From positions 1-43,429 of IMG/VR virus record IMGVR_UViG_3300021440_000048: a stretch of DNA of 43,429 nucleotides, one strand, 5' to 3'. The stretch comes from a virus. Taxonomy: Duplodnaviria; Caudoviricetes. Below, piece by piece: positions 1-8,472 of the stretch. Positions within the stretch are counted from its first letter, which is position 1, and the number at the start of each line of letters is the position of its first letter. Under the pieces are notes generated by a model, which worked only from the letters and a program-made list of their open reading frames with translations, ran no database searches and was not told the DNA's origin. The translations under genes were made by a program, and so were the position numbers.

Positions 1-1
1 C

Positions 2-127
2 AGCCAAGAATCTGGTTAAGCATTGCAGTAATGCCTTCTGCGGATACATTAGAACTTGTAGTGCTTGTAGCAGAGCCGCCACTGGAAGATTGAGTGGAAG
101 TTTTGCCTTTAACAAGCTCTAGAATAT
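2..127. repeat. Left copy of 126-bp exact terminal direct repeat (circular assembly overlap)
   Basis: 2-127 is identical to 43304-43429; base 1 (C) differs from 43303 (G). The repeat falls inside a continuous reading frame. Confidence 0.95.
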
Positions 128-179
128 TCTTAATGCTTCCTAGAGTATCTTCAGGCTGAATTGCTGGAAGTGCTGCCAT
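2..179 (-). CDS. 5' part of the junction-spanning ejection-type virion protein (continues at the right end to 41682; 599 aa in total)
   Basis: ATG at 179 with AAGGA Shine-Dalgarno (SD). Reads MAALPAIQPEDTLGSIKNILELVKGK... for 52 codons without a stop, in frame with MLNQILG of ORF 41682..43325. Confidence 0.85.
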   Translation of the reverse strand, partial: MAALPAIQPEDTLGSIKNILELVKGKTSTQSSSGGSATSTTSSNVSAEGITAMLNQILG

Positions 180-189
180 GATAATTCCT

Positions 190-504
190 TTAATGTGAGG
201 GAGGGGTGTGCGGGAAGAATTGGGTATATAAGATCCACAGAGTTGCGGCCAAGCCCCAAACTCCTATACCTCTATTTACCCACTGGTCTAAGTTTCTTTG
301 TACCTCAGAAATCTTAACAGTGTTTACTGCAATAGAATTCTCCAAGGCTCCTATCCTCTCACCTTGGTTAGATTGTCTTTCTTCCACTCGGATTAATTTC
401 TCCATAGCGTCTGAAAGTTTATCTACCTTCGTTTCGAGGCGTTTGAAGTCTGCTAGTTCTGCCATGATTATTTCTGTGTTATGGTCAGTAGAAGGACAAG
501 ACAT
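190..504 (-). CDS. Putative holin-like membrane protein (coiled coil plus C-terminal TM helix)
   Basis: GAGGT SD. Heptad-like LETKVDKLSDAMEKLIRVEERQ followed by hydrophobic GIGVWGLAATLWILYTQFF. Confidence 0.5.
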   Translation of the reverse strand: MSCPSTDHNTEIIMAELADFKRLETKVDKLSDAMEKLIRVEERQSNQGERIGALENSIAVNTVKISEVQRNLDQWVNRGIGVWGLAATLWILYTQFFPHTPPSH

Positions 505-555
505 TTTGGTTTACCTCTTTAGGCAGGAGATAATTAGTTGCCCGAGTGTGTATGT

Positions 556-591
556 ATGTTAGCTCAGCTAATAATCTAACACAAGGGGGAT
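556..591 (-). promoter_or_regulatory. Putative late promoter ATCCCCC-TTGTGT-N17-TAACAT
   Basis: Intergenic, upstream of the holin-like and ejection genes. Same layout as the element at 13150-13186. Confidence 0.55.
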
Positions 592-1166
592 TATAGCTGA
601 ATCCATGTTATAGAAGGATTGAAATAGATAGTAGTACTATTTAACCCCCAACCTATCTTCTGCACAATATTACCTGGAGTTGCAGGAGGTGTGAAAGTTA
701 TTCCTCCCCCAGTTGTAGATAGGTAATAATCGGTTCCTCCAGTTACTCCAGTAATTAACGGATGCGCGCCAAGAAGAACAAACTCACCCCAATCTCCACT
801 TACTGTTGTAGTTGTAGCATATGCTCTGCAAGGCTTGGAATTATTTGTAGCATTCGCTAGCCTAGCATATGTAGTTCCAGCAGAGTCATATAGATTAACT
901 GCTTGCCCTACTGCTATATTCTCAGTAGTTTGGAAATATACTCTTGAAATATTTTCAGTGCGCAAACCTGTAGTAACTGCTGTAACTGACCAAAGATCAG
1001 GATCTGGAGAAAGGCCGCCAGTATAAATATCTAGCGCGCCCTGTAAGATTCGAAGGGCATTTCTTACCCGAATCAGTTCTCCATAAACACCTGGATTCTT
1101 CTGCTCAAGCAATTCAGGAGTTAGAGACAGCCCTAAGTCTGTTGAGTACTTTTGTTTTGAACTCAT
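591..1166 (-). CDS. Virion protein with C-terminal beta-tulip/cement-like domain
   Basis: 191 aa, overlaps the stop of the nozzle gene. C-terminal TENIAVGQAVNL...GTDYYLS...QKIG...IYFNP pattern resembles small phage decoration/tail domains. Confidence 0.5.
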   Translation of the reverse strand: MSSKQKYSTDLGLSLTPELLEQKNPGVYGELIRVRNALRILQGALDIYTGGLSPDPDLWSVTAVTTGLRTENISRVYFQTTENIAVGQAVNLYDSAGTTYARLANATNNSKPCRAYATTTTVSGDWGEFVLLGAHPLITGVTGGTDYYLSTTGGGITFTPPATPGNIVQKIGWGLNSTTIYFNPSITWIQL

Positions 1167-2680
1167 CTCTTTGCTCCTGGAGTTGCTCGGAACATTAAAG
1201 AGGTAAAGTTAAATGTTCCAGCGCCTAAGATAGAGTGGTTAAGTCCCTCAGCCCTGCACAAATAAGTCTTGTTTAGATTTGAGGGATCGGGCGAGTTATC
1301 ATAGGGGACAGACCAAGTACCATTCTTACCATCAGTTGTGCTGAAAAGTTTCAAGGAGAAGTTAGCTGGATTAACATTCTCCACATCTATCTGATCCATC
1401 TGCAGTGTCCTGGACCGCACATATTGATACTTACCTAGAAGAATAACTCCAGCATGAGTGGAGCCATAGAAGTTAAAGTCAACTACCTTAATTGTTCCAT
1501 CAGTCTGCATGAATGCAATAGACTGCTTAGGTATTTCAAACACACCAGCAGTTACTAGTTCGTATTCAAAACAATCCACATGTGGAATCTTAAGCTTGCC
1601 CCAACGCTTTTGTGGAATATCAAATACAAGAGCATGAGTCAGAGAAGTTATCCCATAAGATAAGATAAGATACCGATCTGAGATAGAGTGAATCCGCTTA
1701 ACCATTGTTTTAGTCAGCGTAGTCTTTGTGAATGTCAGAGTGTTCTCGTCAAAATCTTCGAATAGAAGCCCTGAGATGAAATCAGTTATTTCTGGGAATA
1801 CTGTCTGTCCCTGAGATGAAGATATTAACTGCATCCCAGAAGTTGTGTATGCATAGTGGTTACCAGAGTTCGCTTCATAACAAACAAGGTTTGGGTTAGA
1901 TAGGCCGCCGGAGTTAACAATCTCCCGGAAGTTAAATGGGTACCGCGCATTTCCTGAGTAAACCCCCACAACTGTGTTAGTGGCGCAGTAAACAAATATG
2001 CCTAATGTATGTGGAAAGCAGAAGTTAATAATACCCTTCGCACCTTCCACAGCCCCGCCCCCTGCTCCAGTAATAAGAGAAGGAGTAAAATCTGTTGGAT
2101 CTACTGTAGATGACCAAGCTACGTTAACTGTATCCCAAGCAATAAGATATCCAAATGATGGACAGATGCCAATGATTTTAGTTGGATCTAGCCCAGTAAG
2201 AGTAACTGAGGAAAACAGCTTTGTGCTGAAATTATATACTAAGCATCCCACACCTGGTACCCAGATATAGGATGTGCCTGACACATGAGCTACGTAGATA
2301 AGTCCAGAATAGATATAAGCTGTATTAAACACCCAACCTGTTCCATCATTTATATAGAACTCATGAGCAGAAGTTACTCCAAGATATACTTTAACTCCTG
2401 AAGCATCTTGGAGCATATATTCATACTCAAATGTTTTTCCAGGAACCCCATCAGTGATGGTAGTATATCCTACAGATTGAAACCCTTGAGTATTAGGAAC
2501 TACATTATGACAATAGTATATCTGAGGAATACCCACATCTTTGTCAGGATCCTCAGTTGATGCAACTTGCCGATTGAATGTATTATCGGGGCCGGGAACA
2601 ATAATGCTCTGGCCCCAATTATTAGAGATGAGTGGAAAAGATTTAGCGGATAGGTTAGCTCGATAAGCAAATTGTGCCAT
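1163..2680 (-). CDS. Putative tail nozzle / tail tubular B-like protein
   Basis: 505 aa, rich in beta-forming and aromatic residues. N-terminal YYCHNVVPNTQGF and internal WSSTVDPTDF motifs. Position after adaptor and fibre fits podovirus order. Confidence 0.6.
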   Translation of the reverse strand: MAQFAYRANLSAKSFPLISNNWGQSIIVPGPDNTFNRQVASTEDPDKDVGIPQIYYCHNVVPNTQGFQSVGYTTITDGVPGKTFEYEYMLQDASGVKVYLGVTSAHEFYINDGTGWVFNTAYIYSGLIYVAHVSGTSYIWVPGVGCLVYNFSTKLFSSVTLTGLDPTKIIGICPSFGYLIAWDTVNVAWSSTVDPTDFTPSLITGAGGGAVEGAKGIINFCFPHTLGIFVYCATNTVVGVYSGNARYPFNFREIVNSGGLSNPNLVCYEANSGNHYAYTTSGMQLISSSQGQTVFPEITDFISGLLFEDFDENTLTFTKTTLTKTMVKRIHSISDRYLILSYGITSLTHALVFDIPQKRWGKLKIPHVDCFEYELVTAGVFEIPKQSIAFMQTDGTIKVVDFNFYGSTHAGVILLGKYQYVRSRTLQMDQIDVENVNPANFSLKLFSTTDGKNGTWSVPYDNSPDPSNLNKTYLCRAEGLNHSILGAGTFNFTSLMFRATPGAKR

Positions 2681-2694
2681 TGTGCTTCTCCAAT

Positions 2695-4107
2695 TTATGG
2701 AAGTTCCCAGCCACGCACTGCTGCAAATGAATTAGCTGTGTCTGAGTAATAGTACACGCTAGTAGAAGGAAGCAAGAACTCAGGAGACATTTCCATGCTG
2801 GCAGCAGCAAGAGCAAAGTTAAATGGAGGTGGATTTGTAGTTGAGTTATAAACTCCAGAAGCATTATTTGGAGCAATAGCTACAGTTCCAGCTACTGCAT
2901 GTCCAAGCACAAATATTCCTTTTGTAGTATTTATTGGCAAACCTGCCCCCTTGACTACAGTACCTACCCAAGTTGGCACTCCAATATTCCCCTGAATGCC
3001 TGAGATAAACTGTGGGAATGCTGTAACATTTCCTGCCAAAACTAACTCTGCTCGCTTACCTATTTGCAACATGCTCAATGGATATTTATTTCCGGACCCA
3101 TCTGTTTTAACCATACCCAAGAAAGCGAAGTGAGTATAGTTCGCTCCAAGATATGGTTTTGTGATCGTACTCAATGCAACACCAGCAGCATTTGCTGTAG
3201 CAGGAACATTAAGAGTAACTCCAGTAGTCCCAATCAAGCCAAGCACAGTTCCATAAGGGGCTGCAAGTCCTGGCATATATAGTTTAGATCCTACTTCAAT
3301 ACCTAAAGAAGGAGTTGGGTTAGTTAGCCCTGTAATTACAGGAGAGCCGATACTTGTTGTTCCGGTGTCCGCATGAACAACTCGAGCTGCACACCTGAAT
3401 TGATTGTTTACAGGATCATAAGCCGCATAGATTGCATACCACGTATTTGCAGCAACTGGAGGAGTATCTATACCAGAGGCAGAAAAATCAACTGTCTCAT
3501 AGACATTTCTAGCAACTGCATAAGTTCCAGCACTGGACTCTAAAACAATCTCATCAGCAGTTACTGTAATAATAGAACTTGTGCCTGTTGTAGATATAAT
3601 AAGTCCTGAAGAACTTCCACCAATTGCTGCTGAAGTAATGCTGGCAACAGAAGAAGCTAGTGTAGCTACTGTTGCATTTGTGGCAGTAAGTCCTGAATCC
3701 AGAGTGTTTAACTTATTTCCTACTGTGCTTGCTGGGTAGGTTAGTGAATTATTATATCCTACAAGTGCTGCACCCTTTGTTGCACTTGTCGCGTCTGCAA
3801 AGTCAACTCTTGGATCATAAGTAAGAAGCATCTGAGGATAGCCGATGATGACAATCTCAGTACCTACTGTTGCACCAACTGCAAGAGTTATAGAAGATGT
3901 GGAAGTTTCAGTGTAAAACCCTGATTCAAGAGTCTTAAGTGCCCCACCAGAATATACAAAAATACTCCCAGTTCCAGGAGTATAAGTATATTTAGTCAGA
4001 GTAAATACTGTTTGTGCAGCAGTTGCTACAAATCTTTGCTCAAGTACTGTCCCATTAACACTTGCATTTTGTGAGGGCGGCTGGCCCTGAAAGATAGATG
4101 CACTCAT
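2695..4107 (-). CDS. Putative tail fibre / tail-associated protein
   Basis: 470 aa, Thr/Gly/Ala-rich. N-terminal ATAAQTVFTL..Y.PGTGSIFVY anchor-like domain, KGAALVGY motif, short coiled coil. Confidence 0.65.
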   Translation of the reverse strand: MSASIFQGQPPSQNASVNGTVLEQRFVATAAQTVFTLTKYTYTPGTGSIFVYSGGALKTLESGFYTETSTSSITLAVGATVGTEIVIIGYPQMLLTYDPRVDFADATSATKGAALVGYNNSLTYPASTVGNKLNTLDSGLTATNATVATLASSVASITSAAIGGSSSGLIISTTGTSSIITVTADEIVLESSAGTYAVARNVYETVDFSASGIDTPPVAANTWYAIYAAYDPVNNQFRCAARVVHADTGTTSIGSPVITGLTNPTPSLGIEVGSKLYMPGLAAPYGTVLGLIGTTGVTLNVPATANAAGVALSTITKPYLGANYTHFAFLGMVKTDGSGNKYPLSMLQIGKRAELVLAGNVTAFPQFISGIQGNIGVPTWVGTVVKGAGLPINTTKGIFVLGHAVAGTVAIAPNNASGVYNSTTNPPPFNFALAAASMEMSPEFLLPSTSVYYYSDTANSFAAVRGWELP

Positions 4108-4108
4108 T

Positions 4109-4699
4109 TTAATATCCGATCGCTTGAATATTAGAGATCCTTAGATCTGAAATTTGCTCAGCATAGAGAGCTCTAAATGCTGCAGCTTCGTCATCTTTAC
4201 CGATCGCCTTAAATACTGTGGCGGCGGCATCATAAATAATTGCCCAGGGATGATCTAATGCGACCCAAGAATTATATGTTGCTTGTGTAATATCTGGGGC
4301 CAGATAACATCCAAGGAGATAGTATTGTTCCTGAGTGGAAGAATTAATCTGCACATAAGCACCTGCCACATATGCAATATCATTCTTCTGTACTTTATAA
4401 TCATCGAACACATTATCAGGAAGAATGATTTCTAGAGTATGCCCTGGAGTGGAAGTAGAGTTATCATACTTCCGGAGATATTTAATTGCTCGCCACCTTG
4501 GGATAAGTAGGCGATAATCTAGAGACTGCACATATTCAGCAGAGTCAAATTTTAATACTGTCTCAAAGATATCTTTATAGTAATAATCTGACTGATGTGC
4601 TTTTAAGGTAGCAGACCTAACTGCCGAAAGTGTTTCTGCTACCCGGTCAGGCCGATTAGTTAGTGTATACACTTCGGCAATTAGTTCTGTTAATGTCAT
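4109..4699 (-). CDS. Putative head-tail adaptor (tail tubular A-like)
   Basis: 196 aa starting MTLTELIAEVYTLTNRPD, with helical ends and a beta middle. Lies two genes after the major capsid protein. Confidence 0.6.
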   Translation of the reverse strand: MTLTELIAEVYTLTNRPDRVAETLSAVRSATLKAHQSDYYYKDIFETVLKFDSAEYVQSLDYRLLIPRWRAIKYLRKYDNSTSTPGHTLEIILPDNVFDDYKVQKNDIAYVAGAYVQINSSTQEQYYLLGCYLAPDITQATYNSWVALDHPWAIIYDAAATVFKAIGKDDEAAAFRALYAEQISDLRISNIQAIGY

Positions 4700-4723
4700 G
4701 GTGGGTACCTTAGGCTAGTTCTA

Positions 4724-5212
4724 TTAGACTGTTTTACCGACTGCGGCTACTTCCTCAGCAGTTTGTACAACCTGAGCTACTTTAGCTGCACCTGCTGCCA
4801 ACATTACCAAACGTTCAGTAACTGGAGTGCCTGCACCACCTGCAGCAGCTTGTTGAATATCCTGAGTATTTGCAGGAATAACTGGACCTTGAGTAGACTT
4901 GCCCATATCATTTGTAGGATCAGTTGCAGCAGCCTGCGCGGCCAGATACTCACCAATAATCTTTGCGCGCAAAGCATTCATTGGATCCAGCATTTCTTTT
5001 TGTACAGTTGCTTCAGCAGCATCTACATAAATGTGAGGATGGCCTGCATCAACTTCTGCGGCCAGTTCCTCAATTCGCTTTGGATCATCAGTATGGTAGC
5101 GGCCAGAAACAAACACAGCGGATGTACCATCCTTGAAGATATAATTGCAAGAAGGCATTGTATTCTTGAAAATTGCCAATGTGCCCTTGGCCAAGTCAGA
5201 GAAAAAAAACAT
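4724..5212 (-). CDS. Hypothetical protein of the virion module (162 aa)
   Basis: ATG at 5212 with AAGGA SD is preferred over the track start at 5284, which lies in a hairpin. Confidence 0.65.
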   Translation of the reverse strand: MFFFSDLAKGTLAIFKNTMPSCNYIFKDGTSAVFVSGRYHTDDPKRIEELAAEVDAGHPHIYVDAAEATVQKEMLDPMNALRAKIIGEYLAAQAAATDPTNDMGKSTQGPVIPANTQDIQQAAAGGAGTPVTERLVMLAAGAAKVAQVVQTAEEVAAVGKTV

Positions 5213-5239
5213 GATAGATTCCTTGATAGATAAGATTGA

Positions 5240-5302
5240 TCTGTGAGAGATGTGGTGGTTTTTATTTAACTTTAGAACCACCAAACTAAACTCCCCCCAC
5301 AG
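5240..5302 (-). terminator. Long imperfect hairpin after the major capsid gene (terminator or processing site)
   Basis: On the minus strand CTGTGGGGGGA pairs with TCTCTCACAG and TGGTGGTT with AACCACCA. No clear U-tract. Confidence 0.4.
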
Positions 5303-5306
5303 GAAC

Positions 5307-6539
5307 TTAACCCGCGGCCGCCGCTGTCAGATTATAGATAATCGAATTAGCTGGAGGATTCTTAACAACACAGGTCATTTCAGTTGTCAAGGTACCACCA
5401 ACAGCATCAATACCATTATCTGACACATCCATATCAGATTTATCAGGCATATTAAATTCCTTATTCTGAGTCTTACGATCACCCAGATAGGCAACACGGA
5501 ATGTGCTCAGATCAACTGCAATTGCCATCTTAGACCAAGATGTATTAGAGTTGAACAAAGGATGCTCAATCATACGGAATGTGCCACGAGCAGTTTTGAA
5601 TGTGCTGAATTGCAAACCATAAGAAGTCTGGCCATCAACAATGTAATAAGTACCATTCAAGCGACCAATGTTATTAATCACTCGCTTAGCACCGCCACCA
5701 ACAAACAACACACGCTCATTAGCTACCTTAGGATCAGTTGCTTGGTTAAACACTGGATCCAGGAAACCTTCGAGCTGAGTATAGTTAGTTGTGCCGCCAG
5801 CAGTATTAATGTTAGCAGCAGAGTAGTAGGAAGGATAGTAAGAAAGGTTACCAACAATAGAAATCAAACCATCCATTGTACGGAAAGGCTGACCATTTCG
5901 CTGACCTTGAGATTTCTGACCAAAGATCAGAGCTTTCTCAATATCTGCTGCATGGAAACCAGCACAATCTTGACGAGATTCAGCGACGTTTGTGTCACCT
6001 GCAATCATCATTGTTGCGCGCACAGAATCAGTGATAGCCCAAGTATTACGGAAAATCTGTGTCAGATTAGTAATACGAACTGGGTTGATAATCAAAGATT
6101 GTGGACGAATAGAACCTTCTTCGTATGCGTTACCAACTTGATAACAGTTAACTGTAGCTGCAATAGAAGCAGCAGCAACTGTACCAATTGCACGAGTAAC
6201 AGATACTTGTGTAGAAGAAATCACCGAGTTAATGATGATGTTCTCGCCAGAAGCATCCACACGCATAATCATGCCAGGCAAAATATTAGCAGTGGAAGTT
6301 ACTGTGAATGTGGTATCTGCAGCAGTTTGGCCACCTGCGCCAATTGTGAGCTGAGGAAACAGCATTGTTTTGGTAAAGAAGCCATGTTCAGTTTGAACAG
6401 CAGTATCGCTAGGAAGCATACTTGTCAAACCAAACAGCGGCGCCGTACCATTAGGCATCAGTCGAGTAATCATAGCAGCAAAAGATTTCTTTGCCAGATC
6501 CTGAGTGAGCACTGCGGAAGTAAAAATACCTGTAGACAT
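5307..6539 (-). CDS. Major capsid protein (SU10/DUF5309-like HK97 fold)
   Basis: 410 aa with NLTQIFRNTWAIT, DIEKALIFG and RTMDGL motifs, downstream of portal and scaffold. Confidence 0.85.
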   Translation of the reverse strand: MSTGIFTSAVLTQDLAKKSFAAMITRLMPNGTAPLFGLTSMLPSDTAVQTEHGFFTKTMLFPQLTIGAGGQTAADTTFTVTSTANILPGMIMRVDASGENIIINSVISSTQVSVTRAIGTVAAASIAATVNCYQVGNAYEEGSIRPQSLIINPVRITNLTQIFRNTWAITDSVRATMMIAGDTNVAESRQDCAGFHAADIEKALIFGQKSQGQRNGQPFRTMDGLISIVGNLSYYPSYYSAANINTAGGTTNYTQLEGFLDPVFNQATDPKVANERVLFVGGGAKRVINNIGRLNGTYYIVDGQTSYGLQFSTFKTARGTFRMIEHPLFNSNTSWSKMAIAVDLSTFRVAYLGDRKTQNKEFNMPDKSDMDVSDNGIDAVGGTLTTEMTCVVKNPPANSIIYNLTAAAAG

Positions 6540-6583
6540 GATAGATTTCCTTTATCTGTAGGAATATGGAGAGAAATATGAGA

Positions 6584-7237
6584 TTAAGCTGCCAAACCAG
6601 TGATGGTATAGGTAGGACTAAATGTCATAGTTTGTGACTGTGTTGCATTAGCATTACCACTCATTGTAACTGTGCCTGCGCCCAGATTAATTACAATGAT
6701 TGTCTGACCTTGCAAGTTAGCAGTGCTAGTAATCATTTGCTGGCCAACTGACATTGTTGCAAGTTGGGTAGCTGTAAAGCCAGTAAGAACTGCAGAGCCA
6801 TTGGTAGATCCAACATTGGCAGCAGTGACTGTAGGAGTACCATTGGTAATATTAATCTGGAAATCTTTTGTAGTAGATGCCAGAATATTACCACGGGTCA
6901 TTGTTACACCAGTGTTAGCTGTAACTGCGCCCGTAATCAAGTTAGCACTCAAGTTAATAACACGCCACCGAAAAGACAAACCAGTTGGAATGCTTTGTGT
7001 GCCATAGTTAGATTGCAATGCAGTAATCAAAGCATCTGCTGTTGGGTAAGTATCAGTAGATACGCCAGCAGGATTGCGCACATAAATAGGTGACAAGACC
7101 ATTGCAGCAGTTACAGCAAGTGTAGTATTTGTTGTATCTGTTGCAGGAGGAATTGGCTCGAATGTTGCAAACAAATCGCCCAAAGAAAAGCGACGTTGCA
7201 GACCATTGTCATAAATGACAGGAACTTGCATAGCCAT
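6584..7237 (-). CDS. Putative capsid decoration / minor head protein
   Basis: 217 aa Thr-rich beta protein between scaffold and major capsid gene. Confidence 0.5.
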   Translation of the reverse strand: MAMQVPVIYDNGLQRRFSLGDLFATFEPIPPATDTTNTTLAVTAAMVLSPIYVRNPAGVSTDTYPTADALITALQSNYGTQSIPTGLSFRWRVINLSANLITGAVTANTGVTMTRGNILASTTKDFQINITNGTPTVTAANVGSTNGSAVLTGFTATQLATMSVGQQMITSTANLQGQTIIVINLGAGTVTMSGNANATQSQTMTFSPTYTITGLAA

Positions 7238-7280
7238 GATAGTAGTCCTATAAAAGAAGTGTTAAGAAGAATAGATATAT

Positions 7281-8129
7281 TTACTGTCCGACCCAATTGC
7301 TCCAATCTGTTTCCAGAGCAGCAGCTTTAGTTGCGGCAGCGGCTTGAGGAGTTACAGGAGCAAAACTTGCGCCGACAGCGTTAAGATAACCGAGTACCTG
7401 AGCTTGGATCTCTGCAGTAGTTGCATTAGGAAATTTCCTAACTGCTTGTTCTTGCAAAGCACCAACCAAAGGTTTCAAAGCAGGATTGGAAAGAATGGGA
7501 TTTTCGGTAAGAAGGTTCTCGTTTGCAGAGAATTTCTTTACCAGGTTTGGAAGTTCTGCGTCGCGACGTTCGTTAGATTTTGTCAGTGCTTGTTCAACAA
7601 TTTTGGTAGTTGCCAAAGCGGACTGAGCATAAACCTGCTGTGCGACTAGATTCATAGACTCTGCAAAAGCTTGTGCGGCATCTGAACCACCTGCAGTAAT
7701 CTTAGCCATTGTCTCAGGAGTTAGAACCTGAGCAAAGTTTACCTTCTTCGCAGATTCCATAAGCTTCTGCGGATCCAAGTTTGCAAACATTGGGGCATTT
7801 GCGTTTGGATCTTGGTTAGCTGGAGTTTCCCATATGTCTTTAAAAGCATCAAGAGGGGACTGAGCTGTTCCAGGATTGCCAGGATTAGCATTAGGATCTT
7901 GTGCAGGGACAGTGCCATTAGGCGCAGTAGTTGGAGAAGATTGTGTTCCCTGCAAACCAACACCTGGATTAGGATTGCCTGTAGGAATATTAGGCTGCGC
8001 AGGATTACCTGTCGGCCCGGCTGGCATAATACTCTTAAAGATATCCATAACTCCGCCCAGTTGTTTATTGCCAGGAGAGCGAATCAGGTTGGTCTTGATT
8101 GTGCGAGAGTATTTTTGGAAGATAGACAT
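7281..8129 (-). CDS. Putative capsid scaffolding protein
   Basis: 282 aa with Pro/Asn/Gly-rich disordered N-half and helical C-half. AAGGA SD. Between portal and capsid genes. Confidence 0.65.
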   Translation of the reverse strand: MSIFQKYSRTIKTNLIRSPGNKQLGGVMDIFKSIMPAGPTGNPAQPNIPTGNPNPGVGLQGTQSSPTTAPNGTVPAQDPNANPGNPGTAQSPLDAFKDIWETPANQDPNANAPMFANLDPQKLMESAKKVNFAQVLTPETMAKITAGGSDAAQAFAESMNLVAQQVYAQSALATTKIVEQALTKSNERRDAELPNLVKKFSANENLLTENPILSNPALKPLVGALQEQAVRKFPNATTAEIQAQVLGYLNAVGASFAPVTPQAAAATKAAALETDWSNWVGQ

Positions 8130-8148
8130 GATGGTTTCCTTAGGAGGG

Positions 8149-8451
8149 TTAGTTAGAAGAAGCTTGAGAGTCTACTGATTGCTGGGACATTTGCATAAGT
8201 TGCGCGAAAGATTCCTTAGAGGCTTCAATCTGATATCGAATAAAAGACATCTGACCTTTTAGGAATGAATCTTGCTGCATGAAATCTTTTGGATTGTTCG
8301 GATCAAACTCAAGGGCTAGAATCTGATCTGCAATATCTGCAAGATTATTTTGCAAACGTTGCAACTGCATCTCATTTAGGACTGAACCGCTCAGAGTTTC
8401 TAGCTCTGTTAGCTCATACCTTGTAAATGTTCCTGGAATGATTTTGGACAT
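8149..8451 (-). CDS. Hypothetical 100-aa helical protein after portal
   Basis: Fills the gap between portal and scaffold on the operon strand. Confidence 0.7.
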   Translation of the reverse strand: MSKIIPGTFTRYELTELETLSGSVLNEMQLQRLQNNLADIADQILALEFDPNNPKDFMQQDSFLKGQMSFIRYQIEASKESFAQLMQMSQQSVDSQASSN

Positions 8452-8472
8452 GTTAATGGGCCTATGGAGGAA

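Noticed and set aside
5201-5212. T8 run after the start codon as a programmed frameshift or phase-variation site
   Set aside because: The frame is intact and there is no supporting evidence; such runs are common in AT-rich DNA.
5562-6581. 339-aa plus-strand ORF and similar antisense ORFs (e.g. 4763..5233, 20858..21358, 29490..30020)
   Set aside because: They lie opposite well-supported genes and lack SD or motif support; likely codon-bias shadows.
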